Of a stretch of DNA of 61,246 nt, positions 10,948 to 23,164 are shown in pieces. A program made the translations under genes and the position numbers. Source of the stretch: Chiloscyllium plagiosum (taxonomy: Eukaryota); NCBI RefSeq assembly GCF_004010195.1, contig NC_057719.1:11603216-11664461 (forward strand). Direction: 5' to 3'. Each line of letters starts with the position of its first letter. The stretch's first letter is position 1. The notes beneath the pieces are model-generated. The model was not told the DNA's origin. It did not search any database and worked only from the letters and a program-made list of their open reading frames with translations.

Positions 10948-11252
10948 TTTATTCATTCATTGGATGTGGGCATCACTGGCTGGGCCACCAGTTATTGTCC
11001 AACCCTAATTACCTTTGAACTGAGTGGCTGGCTATTTCAGGGGGACAATTAAGGGTCAAACACATTGTTATGGGTCTGAAGTCTTGTGTAAGCCATACCA
11101 GGTGAGGGCAACCGATTTCCTTCCCTGAAGGACTTTCATGAACCAGACCTTTTTTTTACTTTAATGACAATCATTACATGGCCACCATTTAGCGAGCTTT
11201 TAATTTCCAATTATTACTGAAATCAGATTTCACCATCTGCTGCAATGGGACG
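10948..11252 (-). mobile_element. CR1/L2-tailed repeat 3' fragment
   Basis: ATTCATTCATTGGATGTGGGCATCACTGGCTGGGCC terminus, shared with 37225-37420 and 56825-57168. Confidence 0.7.
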
Positions 11253-11544
11253 TGCTCCTTTTCCACCTATCCATTCCACCCTCTCCTCCCTGACCTATCA
11301 CCTTCATCTCCTCCCCCACTGACCTATTGTGTCTCCAAAGCATCAGTCTGGGTCTCTAGATTGCCACAATACCACTGCTGCCTCCCATGGAAATCCCATG
11401 GAAATTCCATTCAATGGAACGGACGTTGGGCAGGGAAGTGAGTTTGATGAAGGGCTGAAAGAACATCCATGCATGGAGATTCCACTTGCTACCCAAACAG
11501 AGCCATTAAAAGAGAAATCAGCAACCTCAAAGAAAGAAGCTTTA

Positions 11545-11710
11545 TGATAGCAAAGTTTGAAAGGCATTTGGACAGACATATGAACAGACAGGGAATAGAG
11601 GGATATGGACCATGTGCGGGCAAATGGGATTTATTTAGAGTGGGATCACAGTCCATGCAGACACAATGGGCTGAAGGACCTGTTCCTGTGCTGTACCTTG
11701 CTATGTTCAA
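11545..11710 (+). mobile_element. CR1 LINE 3' end
   Basis: FERHLDRHMNRQGIEGYGP..GKWD ORF2 C-terminus plus 3' UTR. Confidence 0.85.
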
Positions 11711-11764
11711 TTATATCTCTATTTCTGTCCTAACTTCAGTGTTAGTGATGTAACTGTGTTCCAA

Positions 11765-12820
11765 TAACAACATGTTGGATTTGCATCATGCCTAGTCAAA
11801 CAATTTACAGAGGTCTGATCAACCCTACTCCAATTCTGCTTCAATCCTGGTTCAAAACGGCATTAATCCTGTTTCAATGTTGCATCAATCCATCTTCAGT
11901 TCTTCTTTAGAACATAGAAAAGTATAGCACAGAACAGGCCCTTTGGCCCACGATGTTGTGCCAAGGTTTAATCCTAATGTAAAATATAGTAACTTAACCT
12001 ACGCACCCCTCAACTCACTGCTATCCATGTGCATGTCTAGCAGTCTCTTAAATGTCCCCAATGACTCTGCTTCCATCACCACCACTGGCAACGCATTCCA
12101 TGCATTCACAACTACTTTTGGATTGCTCCCAGAGGCTTTAGATTCCTAGTGGCAGGGCTTAACAGGGTCAAATTAGGCGATATGAGGCGGGGATAATAAA
12201 TAACCTTGTGAAAGAAGTAAGTGTTGAGGAGTGTTGTAAAGGAGAGAAAAGTAAGCTGTAGAGGTTTAGGGAGGTGGTTCCAGAGCTTTGGGTCTTGACA
12301 GCTAAAGCACAGAGGCCACTGGTGGAGTGAGCACCATGGAGATGCACAAATGTCAGCATTGGACGGCCTGGAGATTTCCAGGGCTGGGAGGAAATTACAG
12401 AAATAAGGAGAAGAGGAGGGATTTGAATGAATGATAATTTTATAATGGAGGCATTGCTTAACTAAGAGCCAAAGTAGGTCAAATGAACTTGCTGGAATCC
12501 CTTGGGAAACTGAGAGCAATATCTTGGACAGTCTCATGTTTCTGAGGGTAAACTATGGGAGGCTAGTCAGGAGTGTACTGGAATGAATTCAAATCAATGT
12601 GGAAGGTTGGATGCCTGTGAATATTTCAGTCATGTGGTACCAAAGGCATGGATGAGGGTTTCACCAGCAGTTGAGCTGAGGCAGAGGCAGATGGTTTGAG
12701 GAATAGGGTGGATTTGTGGTCAGAAACTTAATTCAGGATCAAATGAGATGGCAAGAGTTGGTTCAGCCTCAGACTGTTACCAGGAAAAGGAGACGGAGGG
12801 ATTCCCAAAATTTGGTTGGG
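11765..12820 (-). mobile_element. L2 LINE 3' fragment, interrupted at ~11821-12157
   Basis: GGTTTAGGGAGGTGGTTCCAGAGCTTTGGGTCTTGACAGCTAAAGCAC is typical of the L2 ORF2 end; minus-strand translation includes KLWNHLPKPL. Confidence 0.65.
11908..12111 (-). mobile_element. CR1 LINE 3' end
   Basis: TAGAACATAGAA tail, ACAGGCCCTTTGGCCCAC motif, reverse-complement 'WNALP' region. Confidence 0.85.
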
Positions 12821-13065
12821 TGTGATTTCAACTCATTCCACTCTAACAGCAGTGTGTTTGCCCATCTGACTTCAATGTTATACCAGTATGAGAACCTTTG
12901 TTCCATCAGCTCTTAACTTTACATATGGCCAGCGGGTTGATCGTGGATAAGTCAGGTTTGGCCAATGCTACAGCCACCAATCGGTTTCAAACTAAATGCT
13001 CCATAGAGTGTGTTCCTGCCACCAGGAATCTAAAGGACTAGCCAGCCTCCAGGGGCTATCCGAAA

Positions 13066-13229
13066 GCAGGATTAGAGAAAAATTGAAGCTGGATTGACGC
13101 AAGATTGAAACAGGATTAAAGCCATTTTGAACTAGGATTGAAGCAGAATTGGAGTAGGGTTAACACAGGATTGGATAGGGTCAATGCTAAATTGAAGCTG
13201 GATGAAGGCAGGATTGGGGCAGCATTAAC
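13066..13229. repeat. Degenerate 11-bp tandem array (consensus ~GCAGGATTGAA), about 15 units
   Basis: gcaggattaga gaaaaattgaa gctggattgac gcaagattgaa acaggattaaa gccattttgaa ctaggattgaa gcagaattgga ... Confidence 0.8.
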
Positions 13230-13284
13230 TTTGTTTTGGAGCAGATTTGATGCAAGTTTGATTAATATATAACCCATTGGTCAG

Positions 13285-13350
13285 TCTGGCTCTATGAGTG
13301 GGGAAAGAATTAAAATATGGCCCCTCACATGAAAAGTTTGGACACCACAG
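13285..13350. mobile_element. Possible hAT/Charlie-type DNA transposon terminus
   Basis: Ends TGGCCCCTCACATGAAAAGTTTGGACACCACAG, resembling the reverse complement of a CAGGGGTGTCCAAACT terminal repeat. No partner end was found. Confidence 0.35.
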
Positions 13351-13929
13351 AAATAGGTCATTCCTCTGTTCGCAACTTCAGCCCTTGTCGCACCCTCTGC
13401 CCAAATTCTTTAGTTTTAGGTTCTAAGACAGTAAGTCTATACATAGCAAACATCTCTTGCAGATAATTGATTGTATATCGTACCGCGGTTTCCATTTGTT
13501 TTCTTTTTCTCTCTTACTCCCTGTCTAACCTATACGTCCACAGTGAATGCATTTGTTGCTTTGTATCTTGTCTCTTCCATCACCTTTGTAAGTCAATTTG
13601 AGATCCATGCAACAGTCTCATCCCCATTAGTGAGGGTAAAATGCGAGCTTCAGTGTAGTTACTGAGAGCAGGACACTAACTGAATGTGACAACACCATAA
13701 TAACCTCAACATATAACACTCTGATTAAATCAATGCTAGGCAGTAAAATTGAATTTCATTCAATGCCCAGTGTCTCTGCATCCAGTGAACAAAGGAAGAT
13801 CAGGTGTACAATAATATGGCTTGTATAAAACTCACAAATCTAATTACAGTGTCAACGTACATAATTCCAGGAGGTTGAAATTACATGATAATTCATCAGA
13901 CTATGGTATACTTTCCCAAATTTGAAAGA

Positions 13930-14186
13930 TTTGTACCATTCAGGATGCCCCAGAGCAGTTCACAGTTAACAAAAGGTTTCTGAATTGTAGTTTTAGAGTA
14001 GGAAACATGACAGCCTATTTGTGCACAGCAAGATCCCACAAAAAGAAGTGTTATATCAATCCAATCATTGGTTTTAGTGATGTTGAATGGATATTGAGCA
14101 GAGCACCAGGAGAATCCACTTGTTCAAAATAAATATTTTATGTCCACCTGGGAAGAGCATCAGTTTAGCACTTCATCTGAAAGACA
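13930..14186 (-). mobile_element. Deu-domain SINE (SacSINE1/AmnSINE1-related), degraded
   Basis: GTAGGAAACATGACAGCCTATTTGTGCACAGCAAGATCCCACA...TTAGTGATGTTG...CATCTGAAAGAC resembles the reverse complement of the Deu domain. Confidence 0.75.
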
Positions 14187-14236
14187 ATTTCTTGTTTCCC
14201 TTCCATGCAGAAAAATGAAACAAAGAAATACTGATG

Positions 14237-14577
14237 CTGTTACCTGGAAAAGGAAACAGAGGGTGTGGCGGGGATTGAAGACAAACGGCTTTGGTCTTCC
14301 CAAAATTTGGTTGGAAGTGATTTCAACTCATTCCACTCCAACAGCAGTGTCTGCCCATCTGACTTCAATGTTATACCAGCATGAGAACCCTTGTTCCCTC
14401 AGCTCTTAACTTTACATATGGCCAGCGGGTTGATAGGGGATAAGTCAGGGTTGGCCAACGCTACAGCCACCAACCAGTTTCAAACTAAATGCTCCATACA
14501 GTGTGGTCCTGCCACCAGGAATCTAAAGGACTAGCCAGCCTCCTGGAGCTATCCAAAAGCAGGATTAGAGAAAAATT
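14237..14577 (+). repeat. Local direct duplicate of 12774-13084
   Basis: Near-identical ~280-bp core (CCCAAAATTTGGTTGG...GCAGGATTAGAGAAAAATT) at both sites. Confidence 0.92.
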
Positions 14578-15159
14578 AGAGATCCAAAACTAAAACACGA
14601 AATTGCTGGTGAAGGGTCAATGGACTCGAAATATTAACTCTGCTTTCTCCACACAGATGCTACCAGACCTACAGAGTTTCACCAGCATTTCCTGTTTTGG
14701 CTTCTTACCCTGAAACTCGGTACTGGACTGGGATTAGAAACCGAGATTGTGCAGTCAGGTCTTCAACCCTCAACGTATATGCCTCAGAAGTGAGAGTGCA
14801 ACAAACTGTGATTGTTGCCTTGCCCTTCTGTCCAGACCCACTATGTAGTCACTCAATGGGCAATTAATTGTACACCCGTCAGTCTGACTCTGACCCATTC
14901 AGAACTGTCCCCTGCTTTTTGATGCCAGGATATCTGAAGTGCTCATTTGTATTTTCAAGTGAAGGGGCACCCTTTGTTTGAAATCATAATGTTTGAGATA
15001 ACTTGGACTGCCCCATTGTCCTTTCCATTTTACAAATCCCTTGGTGTTATCTTACTGGAGTAGACTATTTCCTCCCTGTCTGTTACTTGACTGATGTGAT
15101 CTGTTGTAGTTATTCCACTCAATGTCATGATTCTGATGAAAAGCCTTTGGTCCAATATG

Positions 15160-15510
15160 GCATGGACAGAGTTGATGTTGGGAAGATGTTTCCATTGGCA
15201 AAGAGATGAGGGCTTGGGGGTTTTGCAGTAGAGTAAAGGGAAGACCCTTTCAAACTGAGATAAGAAGGAACTTCTTTAGCTGGAGAGTGGTGAATCTGTG
15301 GTATTCATTGCTACAAAAGGCTGTGGTGGCCAGGTCATTGAGTATATTTAAAACAGAGATAGATAAGTTTTTGATTGCCAAGGGGATAAAAGGTTACAGG
15401 AAGAAAGCAGGAAAATAGGGTTGAAAAAATATCAGCCATGATTGAATGGAGGAGCAGCCTTGATGGGCCAAATGGCCTAATTTCTGCTCCGATGTCTTAT
15501 GGTCTTATGG
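15160..15510 (+). mobile_element. CR1 LINE 3' end
   Basis: RRNFFSWRVVNLWYSLLQKAV; TCTTATGG tail. Confidence 0.88.
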
Positions 15511-15724
15511 ACATTCTGAGGTGCAATCTTGGAGACTGAGCAAGGAGCTATTGTCAGATAGAGTGAAAGGGTCATACAGCACGGACGTAGACCCTTCGGT
15601 CCAACCAGTCCATGCTAACCAAAATTCCAAACTAAACTAATCCCACCTGCCTGTTCCTGGCCTATATCCCTGCAAATTGTTCCTATCCATGAACTTATCC
15701 AAATGTCTTTTCAACATCCGAATA

Positions 15725-18700
15725 CTTATGAAGTTAAAGACATGTACTGTACCTTTAAGAGAGTGTGAATGCAGCCACCTGTCATGTGACTGAAGAGCAG
15801 TCTCAGAGTGTGCTGGAAAATTGAAAATATGTAACATTTGCTTGTGAAACAAATACCTGAATTTGGTTACGATGTTTTCACAACAGTTCTAATTTAACCA
15901 ATCATAGAGTCACAGAGATGTATGGCACAGAAACAGACCCTTTGGTCCAACTTGTCCATGCCGACCAGATGTCCCAAACCAATCTAGTCCGTCCCACCTG
16001 CCAGCACCCGGCCCATATCCTTCCAAACCCTTCCTATTCATATACCCATCCAAATGCCTTTTAAATGTTGCAATTGTACTAGCCTCCACTACTTCCTCTG
16101 GCAGCTCATTCCATACACGTTCCACCTTCTGCGTGAAAAAGTTGCTTCTTAGGTCTCTTTTATATCTTTCCCCTCTCATCCTAAACCTATGCCCTCTAGT
16201 TCTGGACTCCCACACCCCAGGAAAAAGACTTTGTCTATTTATACTATCAATGCCCCTCTTGATTTTATAAATCTCTATAAGGTCACCCCTCAGTCTCCGA
16301 CGCTCCAGGGAAAACAGCCCCAGCCTGTTCAGCCTCTCCCTGTAGCTCAAATCCTCCAACCCTGGCAACATCCTTGTAAATCTTTTCTGAACCCGTTCAA
16401 GTTTCGCAACATCTTTCCGATAGGAAGGAAACCAGAATTGCACCCAATATTCCAAAGTTGGCCTAACCAACGTTCTGTACAGCCACTACATGACCTCCCA
16501 ACTCCTGTACTCAATACTGACCAATAAAGGAAAGCATACCAAACGCCTTCTTCACTATCCTATCTACCTACGACTCCACTTTCAAGGAGCTATGAACCTG
16601 CACTCCAAAGTCTCTTTGTTCAGCAACACTTTCTAGGACCTTACCATTAAGTGTATAAGTCCTGCTAAGATTTGCTTTCCCAAAATGCAGCACCTCGCAT
16701 TTATCTAAATTAAACTCCATCTGCTACTCCTCAGCCCATTGGCCGATCTGATCAAGATCCTGTTGTAATCTAAAATGACCTTCTTCGCTGTCCACTATAC
16801 CTCCAATTTTGGTGTCATCTGCAAACTTACTAACTATACATCTTATGCTCGCATCCAAATCATTTATTTAAATGACAAAAAGTAGTGAACCCAGCACCAA
16901 TACTTGTGGCACTCCACTGGTCACAGGCCTCCAGTCTGAAAAACAAGCCTCCACCACCACCCTCTGTCTTCTACCATTGAGCCAGTTCTGTATCCAAATG
17001 GCGAGATCTCCCTGTATTCCGTGAGGTCTAACCTTGCTAACCTATCTCCCATGGGGAACCTTGTTGAACACCTTACTGAAGTCCATATAGATCACGTCCC
17101 CTGCTCTGCCTTCATCAATTATTGCTTGTTCTAAAAAATATAATCAAGTTTGTGAGACATGATTTCCCACGCACAAAGCCATGTTGACAATCCCTAATCA
17201 GTCCTTGCCTTTCCAAATACATGTACATCCTGTCCCTCAGGATTCCCTACAACAACTTGCCCACCACCGACATCAGGCTCGCTGGTCTATAGTTCCCTGG
17301 CTTGTCCTTACCACTTTTCTTAAATAATGGCACCATGTTAGGCAACCTCCAGTCTTCCGGCAACTCACCGTGACTATCGATGATACAAATATCTCACTAA
17401 GGGCCCAGCAATCACTTCTCTAGCTTCCCACAGAGTTCTAGGGCAGACCTGATCAGGTCCTGGGGACTTATCCACTTTTATGTGTTTTAAGACATCCAGC
17501 ATTTCCTACTCTGTAGTATGAACATTTTCAAGATGTCACCATTTATTTCCCTACATTCTGTATCTTCTATGTCCTTTTCCACAGTAGAAACTGACGCAAA
17601 ATGCTTGTTTCGTATTTCCCCCATCTCCTGCGGCTCCACACAAAGGCCACCTTGCTGATCTTTGAGGGGCCCTATTCTCTCCCGAGTTACCTTTTTGTCC
17701 TTAATGTATTTGTAAAAACCCTTTGGATTCTCCTTAACTCTATTTGCTAAAGCTATCTCATGTCCCCTTTTTGCCCTCCTGATTTCCCTCTTAGATAGAC
17801 TCCTACAGCCTTTATACTCTTCTAAGGATTCACTTGATCTATCTTGTCTATACCTGACATATGCTTCCTTCTTTTTCTGAACCAAACTCAATTTCTTTAG
17901 TCATCCAGCATTCTCTACACCTATCAACCTTCCCTTTCACCCTAACAGGAATATACTGTCTCTGGACTCACGTTATCTCATTTCTGGAGGATTCCCATTT
18001 TCCAGCCGTCCCTTTACCTGCGAGCATCTGCCCCCAATCAGCATTTGAAAGTTCTTGCCTAATACTGTTAAAATTATCCTGCTTCCAATTTAGAACTTCA
18101 GCTTTTAGATCTGGTCTATCCTTTTCCATCACTATTTTAACACTAATAGAATTATGGTCACTGGCCCCAAGATGCTCCTCCACTGACACCTCTATCACCT
18201 GCCCTGCCTTATTTCCCAAGAGTAGGTCAAGTTTTGCACCTTCTCTAGTAGGTACATCCACATACTGAATCAGAAAATTTTCTTGTACACAGTTAACAAA
18301 TTCCTCTCCATCTATATCCTTAACACTATGGCAGTCCCAGTCTATGTTTGGAAAGTTAAAATCCCTGACCATAACCACCCTATTATTCTTACAGATAACT
18401 GAGATTTCCTTACAAATTTGTTTCTCAATTTCCCTCTGACCATTAGGGAGTCTATAATACAATCCCAATAAGGTGATCATCCTTTTCTTATTCCTCAGTT
18501 CCACCTAAATTACTTCCCTGGATGTATTTCCAGGAATATCCTTCCTCGGTATAGCTGTAATGCTATCCCTTATCAAAAATGCCACTCCTCTTCCTTACTT
18601 GCCTCCCTTTCTGTCCTTCCTGTAGCATTTGTATCCTGGAACATTAAGCTGCCAGTTCCTGAGCCAATTGTTTCTGTAATTGCTATGATATCCCAGTCCC

Positions 18701-19531
18701 ATGTTCGTATCCATGCCCTGGTTTCATCAGCCTTCCCTGGTGCAGTTTAATTTATCAGTCCTACTTTGTTCTCTGCTTTCTCCCTACCTGCCCTGACTGT
18801 TTGACTCGCTTCTTTTCTCAACTGTACCAGTCTCAGATTGATCTCTTTCCTCACTATCTCCCTGGGTCCCACCCACCCCATCTTCCTAGTTTAAATCCTC
18901 CTGAGCAGCTCGAGCAAATCATTCTGCCAGTATATTAGTCCTGTTCTGATTCAGGTGCACTTAAATTATGCTCAAGATACTTAAAACCCAATCAAGTTTG
19001 AGTTTAATGTTTTGTCAACATCGAAACAATGAGACGATCTGACGTTTGAGGTATAAAAGAAGCTGACATTTTGGAAAGTTAGCCAGAGAGAGGGACAAAC
19101 TGCCATCTAGAGAGAGAGAGACTGTTCTTCAAAACACTCTCTATCAAAGGTACCTTTTACATATGAAACACCTGTGCAGCAAAAGATGGAAGATGACCCA
19201 AGGAGACCTGCCGTTGAAAGAAGACCAACACCGATGACGACAGTTGCTGTCTGGTTTTGAAAATTAAGATGATGTAATTTTAATAGCGGCGTTTATGGGA
19301 ACAGTATACTGTTACAGAATTGGAGGTGGATAGCAAACCTTTAAGAGAAGTTTGTAAATAGTTGTGGTTTAATGTTCACTTTTAGAGTTAAAGAATAAAT
19401 TGATTTTCTTTCTTTAAATAGTCGAATTTGGGAGTTCTCTGTCACTCATGCATTAACAGATTACAAGGTAAGGTGAGGTTTTCTGCATGTTTGGTTTGAT
19501 TAGCAGAGGGGTTCACCGCCATGTCATAACA
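15725..19531 (+). mobile_element. LTR (Gypsy-like solo LTR) split into ~15725-15900 and ~18958-19531 by a CR1
   Basis: Ends TCATAACA and starts with a degenerate (TG)TTATGA; TATAAAA near 19053 and AATAAA near 19394. Confidence 0.6.
15901..18957 (-). mobile_element. CR1 LINE, ~3 kb: end of ORF1 plus disrupted ORF2 (APE endonuclease and RT)
   Basis: ORFs 17968-18504 (YYRLPN, DFNFPNIDW, SDHN), 17487-17891 and 15910-16470 (VRPTLEY...WNELP...GRWD); RT region with stops and frameshifts. Confidence 0.95.
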
Positions 19532-19937
19532 TTAAGTGTACCTGCATCCACCACATCCTCTGAAAGTTCATTCCACACCGAATCACCGTCTGTGTAAAAG
19601 TTTGCCCCCATGTGTTTTTCAAATCTCTCTCCTCTCACCTTAAAAAATGTGCCCCTAGTCTTGAAATCCCCCATCTCAGGGAAAAGACAACAAACATTAA
19701 CTCTGTCTGTACCCCTCATGATTTATCACCATGTATCGAGGCACCTCAAATCCTCACTTCTCGAGCAGCTCAAATCAGCATCCTCCTTCTCCCCTCTTCA
19801 AAGATAATCTCTGCACAATGATGTATAATTATCCACTGTTGTAATTATTCGTGCTGTGTAGTTTGTCTTTTGAATACTTTGATTCATCATTCCTTTTGTA
19901 TTATTCTATTTAACTGGAAATAACTATGATACAATAT

Positions 19938-20170
19938 AAAACATAGAAAATAGGAATGGGAATAGGCCATTCGGCCCTTCAAGCCTGCTGTACTATTAAA
20001 TATGATCACAGCTGATCAACCGACTCAGTAACCTGTTCCCAATTTCTCCCCATAATGTTCAATCCCTTTCACCCTAAGAACTATATCTAACATCTTTCTG
20101 AAAACATTCAATCAGTGGCCTCAACCAATTTCTGTGGCAGTATATTCCATAGGCTCAACAGTCTCTGAGT
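19938..20170 (-). mobile_element. CR1 LINE 3' end
   Basis: ACATAGAAAATAGG...GGCCATTCGGCCCTTCAAGCCTGCT terminus. Confidence 0.8.
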
Positions 20171-20491
20171 GAGTCAAAACATACCTGTTCTGAGTGTAGT
20201 GATGCAAACAGGTTATCACATCAAAATAGTGCAAATAGCTATTTACTGTTTTGCTCATAATTAAGTGAAAAAATCCCATGTATTTTTTTATGCATTTAGT
20301 TTTATCATAATGCCCATGATTATTTGTTTCTGAACATTGTACTTAGATAGATCACTAATTGGAAAGAATGCATTGTTGAAGGTTCATTATCACACTGTGG
20401 TGCTGTGGCTTGACAGCTCTCACTGGGATTTTCTCAGACGTTACATATGTTTAGCAGCTCGTGCTCTCTTAAGAATTTATCAAGCATTGCC

Positions 20492-20775
20492 ACTGTTAGT
20501 CTTCTTTATTCTTGGGATCTGGACAGCACCAGCAAGGCCAGCATTTGTTAACTATCCCAACAGCCCTTGAGAAGATGATAATTGAATGATTTTTGAATGG
20601 TTGCAGTCCATGTGACGTTGGGACTCCAACTGACAGTGAAGGTAGCTCCAGAGTTTTGAGCAAGCGATGGTGATATATTTCCATGCTGCAATGTTGTGAC
20701 ACTTGGAAGGGAACTTGGAGGTAATGGCATTCCCATTCCCCAACATTTGGACAAATGTATCTTGACTCCCTGCAC
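20492..20775 (-). mobile_element. CR1/L2-clade LINE 3' fragment
   Basis: GGCCAGCATTTGTT...GCCCTTGAGAAG terminus as at 7915. Confidence 0.7.
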
Positions 20776-21914
20776 TTTGCTTGTCTCTAGAATTCAGTAA
20801 TAAATGCTTTGGGAGGATCTCAGTGTTGCTTTTTGCTTTGTGAAATTCAGACCCCTCATAAATCACATCATTCATGATGGTAAGATCAAACTTTATCATT
20901 ACAGTGTCACAGTTTTTACTTTCCACCAGGTCAGATTTTGCCTGAATATCTTCTGCTTTGACATCTGTATAGTAAATCAAGTATTTACGTATTTACTTTC
21001 AATTCTGCTAGCTTGCCCTGATCCAATCCTTGAGGTTTAACCCAGCTCAGCCATTCCTCTGGAAAGAAACAACTAACATTGGAACAGTGTCTGCTTCTGT
21101 CATATTTAACATGTAACTTGCATTGTGGAGCAATGTGTTGGTGTTTCACCCGTGTGCTGGAGGACTTAGGTTTCCTGTTTGAAGATTTGTGCTGACATCT
21201 GGAATGGTTTTCTTATGAAGATCGCTCCCTGGCCTGTCAATCTCTGTAACCTCCTTCAACTCATCAACCCTCTGAGGTTTCAGCACACTTCAACTTCCAG
21301 TCCCTTACATTTCCTTGATATTGTTTGCACCACAGCTGATGGCCAGACTTCCAGCTGTCTGGGCCCTAAGTTCTGGAAATGCCTTCCAAAACACTTTACT
21401 TTTCTCACCTCCTTTCAGTTGCTCCTCAGACCTGCCTTTTTGACCAAGCTTTCAACACCTGTCCCCAGTCGTGATCCTGATAGGAAGATACACTGGAAAT
21501 CAAGATCCCACCATTCCACAAGTCAGCAGAAAAGTGATAAATGACCAATTTAATCTGTGGGATAATAAATGTCTGACTGTAATCAGTATCTAATATATAA
21601 GAAATGCATAGCAGGTTTCATTCATACACAAAACAACTATAGATTGTTTTGAATTTCTTAATTAGTTGATAAGACCTCCCTATTGTCCTACCTCTAAGTA
21701 CAAGAATTCAGTGTCCAATTCTTCCAACATTTCGCCCTGAGCTAATCAGATGCAGGATATTTGTTCACTTTGTGAACTGTACATTTCTCCTTCTATCTCA
21801 CTGTTACTGTCTGTCAACCTCCACTGCTCTCACTATCTGACATATTTGCTCTTTCTTATCTTCCTCTCTCAGATGTTATTGCTTTTACATTTTTATGTGA
21901 TATAAACAATTGTC

Positions 21915-22245
21915 ACAACTGTCCATAGGGTTGGGAAAAAGAATTGTTCTTGTTTGTTATTTGTTATCAGAGATTCCCCAAATGAATTGATCTTTGGTCA
22001 TGAGATAACATAAAAATTAAAACCAAAATTGACCAAGGAAATGTTTTTCAGACAAAAAGATGCAGGAGCATTTGAAAACTTCACAGATAAAGCTAAAATA
22101 ACGGACAGAAACAGGAGACACAAGCTGACAAACAATGAGAATGTTTCAATCAGTAGACAATGCACTTGTGTAATTACCTTTACAAGGGGGAACCTCTTAA
22201 AACCAAGTTCAATGGTCCTTACAACATAATTAAGAGAGTTAGTGA
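21915..22245 (+). pseudogene. Gypsy/Ty3 integrase C-terminal relic (continues after the L1 at ~29039)
   Basis: Broken frames read LLFVIRDSPNE, IFGHE, QEHLKTSQ, RMFQSVDNALV*LPLQ and GEPLKTKFNGPYNIIKRVSE|VTF, which includes the GPY/F motif. Confidence 0.7.
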
Positions 22246-22409
22246 GACTCAGCAAAATGGCAGTGATTCTGTAGAACTGCTGTGGACTGCTCTGCCTAAC
22301 AGCCAAGGCATACCAGTGTTTTTTGCCATCCTTGGCCAACTTATGTGGTGGAATTATTAGTTTAAAACCTTACAGAACACATATTTGTTAATATTTGGGA
22401 GTGGGAAGG

Positions 22410-23164
22410 ATGCCAAAGGGAAAAGGAGCAAGCAAACAGCAGCAGCCTCTCCTGACTGCCCCGGGCACCTGACAGACTCACAGGAATTGGCTGCGGCAAT
22501 GGAGAGACTTACCTTGAAAGCTGCGACTGCGATTGAGGAGATCCATGGGGAGATTCGGGCCCAGGTCCAACGTATCGTATCCGTGCTGCAGAAGCATGAG
22601 CAGGAGATCCAGGGCCTCAGGGAGAGGCTGGAGGAGGTGGAGGGTCGAACTAAGGCCTCGGAAGCTGCAATGGAGTCCTCATCCAGTTGGATCCAGGTGC
22701 TGGAGCAAGAAGTGCGGGCCCTGCGAGACCATATCGACGACCTCGAAAATCAAGGTCGGAGGATAAATCTCCGAATTGTCGGGCTCCCTGAAGGTGAGGA
22801 AGGTGAGCAGCCAGTCAGCTTCTTTGAAAGCTGGCTGCCAAAGTTTTTGGGCCTTCGCATGGAGTCCAGCAGGCTGCAGATTGAAAGGGCGTATCTGGTT
22901 ACAGTGCGCAGGTCAGGGCCGGTGCAGCACCCCCGCTCGGTCCTAATGCACGTCCATTCATATAAGGACAAGCAAAAAGTCATAGAAGCTTCCAGATCCC
23001 TGGGAAACGATCCACAGGCACTGCTGTACAAGGGGTCAAAAATCAAGTTTTTCCAGGATTTTTTAGCAGCTGTAATTCGAAAGAAGAAGTCCTTCGATGA
23101 AGTTAAAAAGAGGCTGAGGAACCTGGGCATCCAGTACTCCATGAGGTACCCTGCAGTACTTTAA
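22410..23164 (+). pseudogene. L1 ORF1p (coiled coil and RRM/CTD), frameshifted near its start
   Basis: DDLENQGRRINLRIVGLPEG...IERA...KIKFFQDF...YPAVL; the ATG at 22410 is out of frame with the body. Confidence 0.88.

Larger units (their letters stand above)
15560..19725 (-). mobile_element. CR1 3' fragment split into 15560-15717 and 19532-19725 by an LTR
   Basis: ...CCAAATGTCTTTTCAACAT and TTAAGTGTACCTGCATCCACC... join as colinear CR1 3' sequence. Confidence 0.75.

Noticed and set aside
11383..11420. CCCATGGAAAT repeated two to three times
   Set aside because: Too short; consistent with local slippage.
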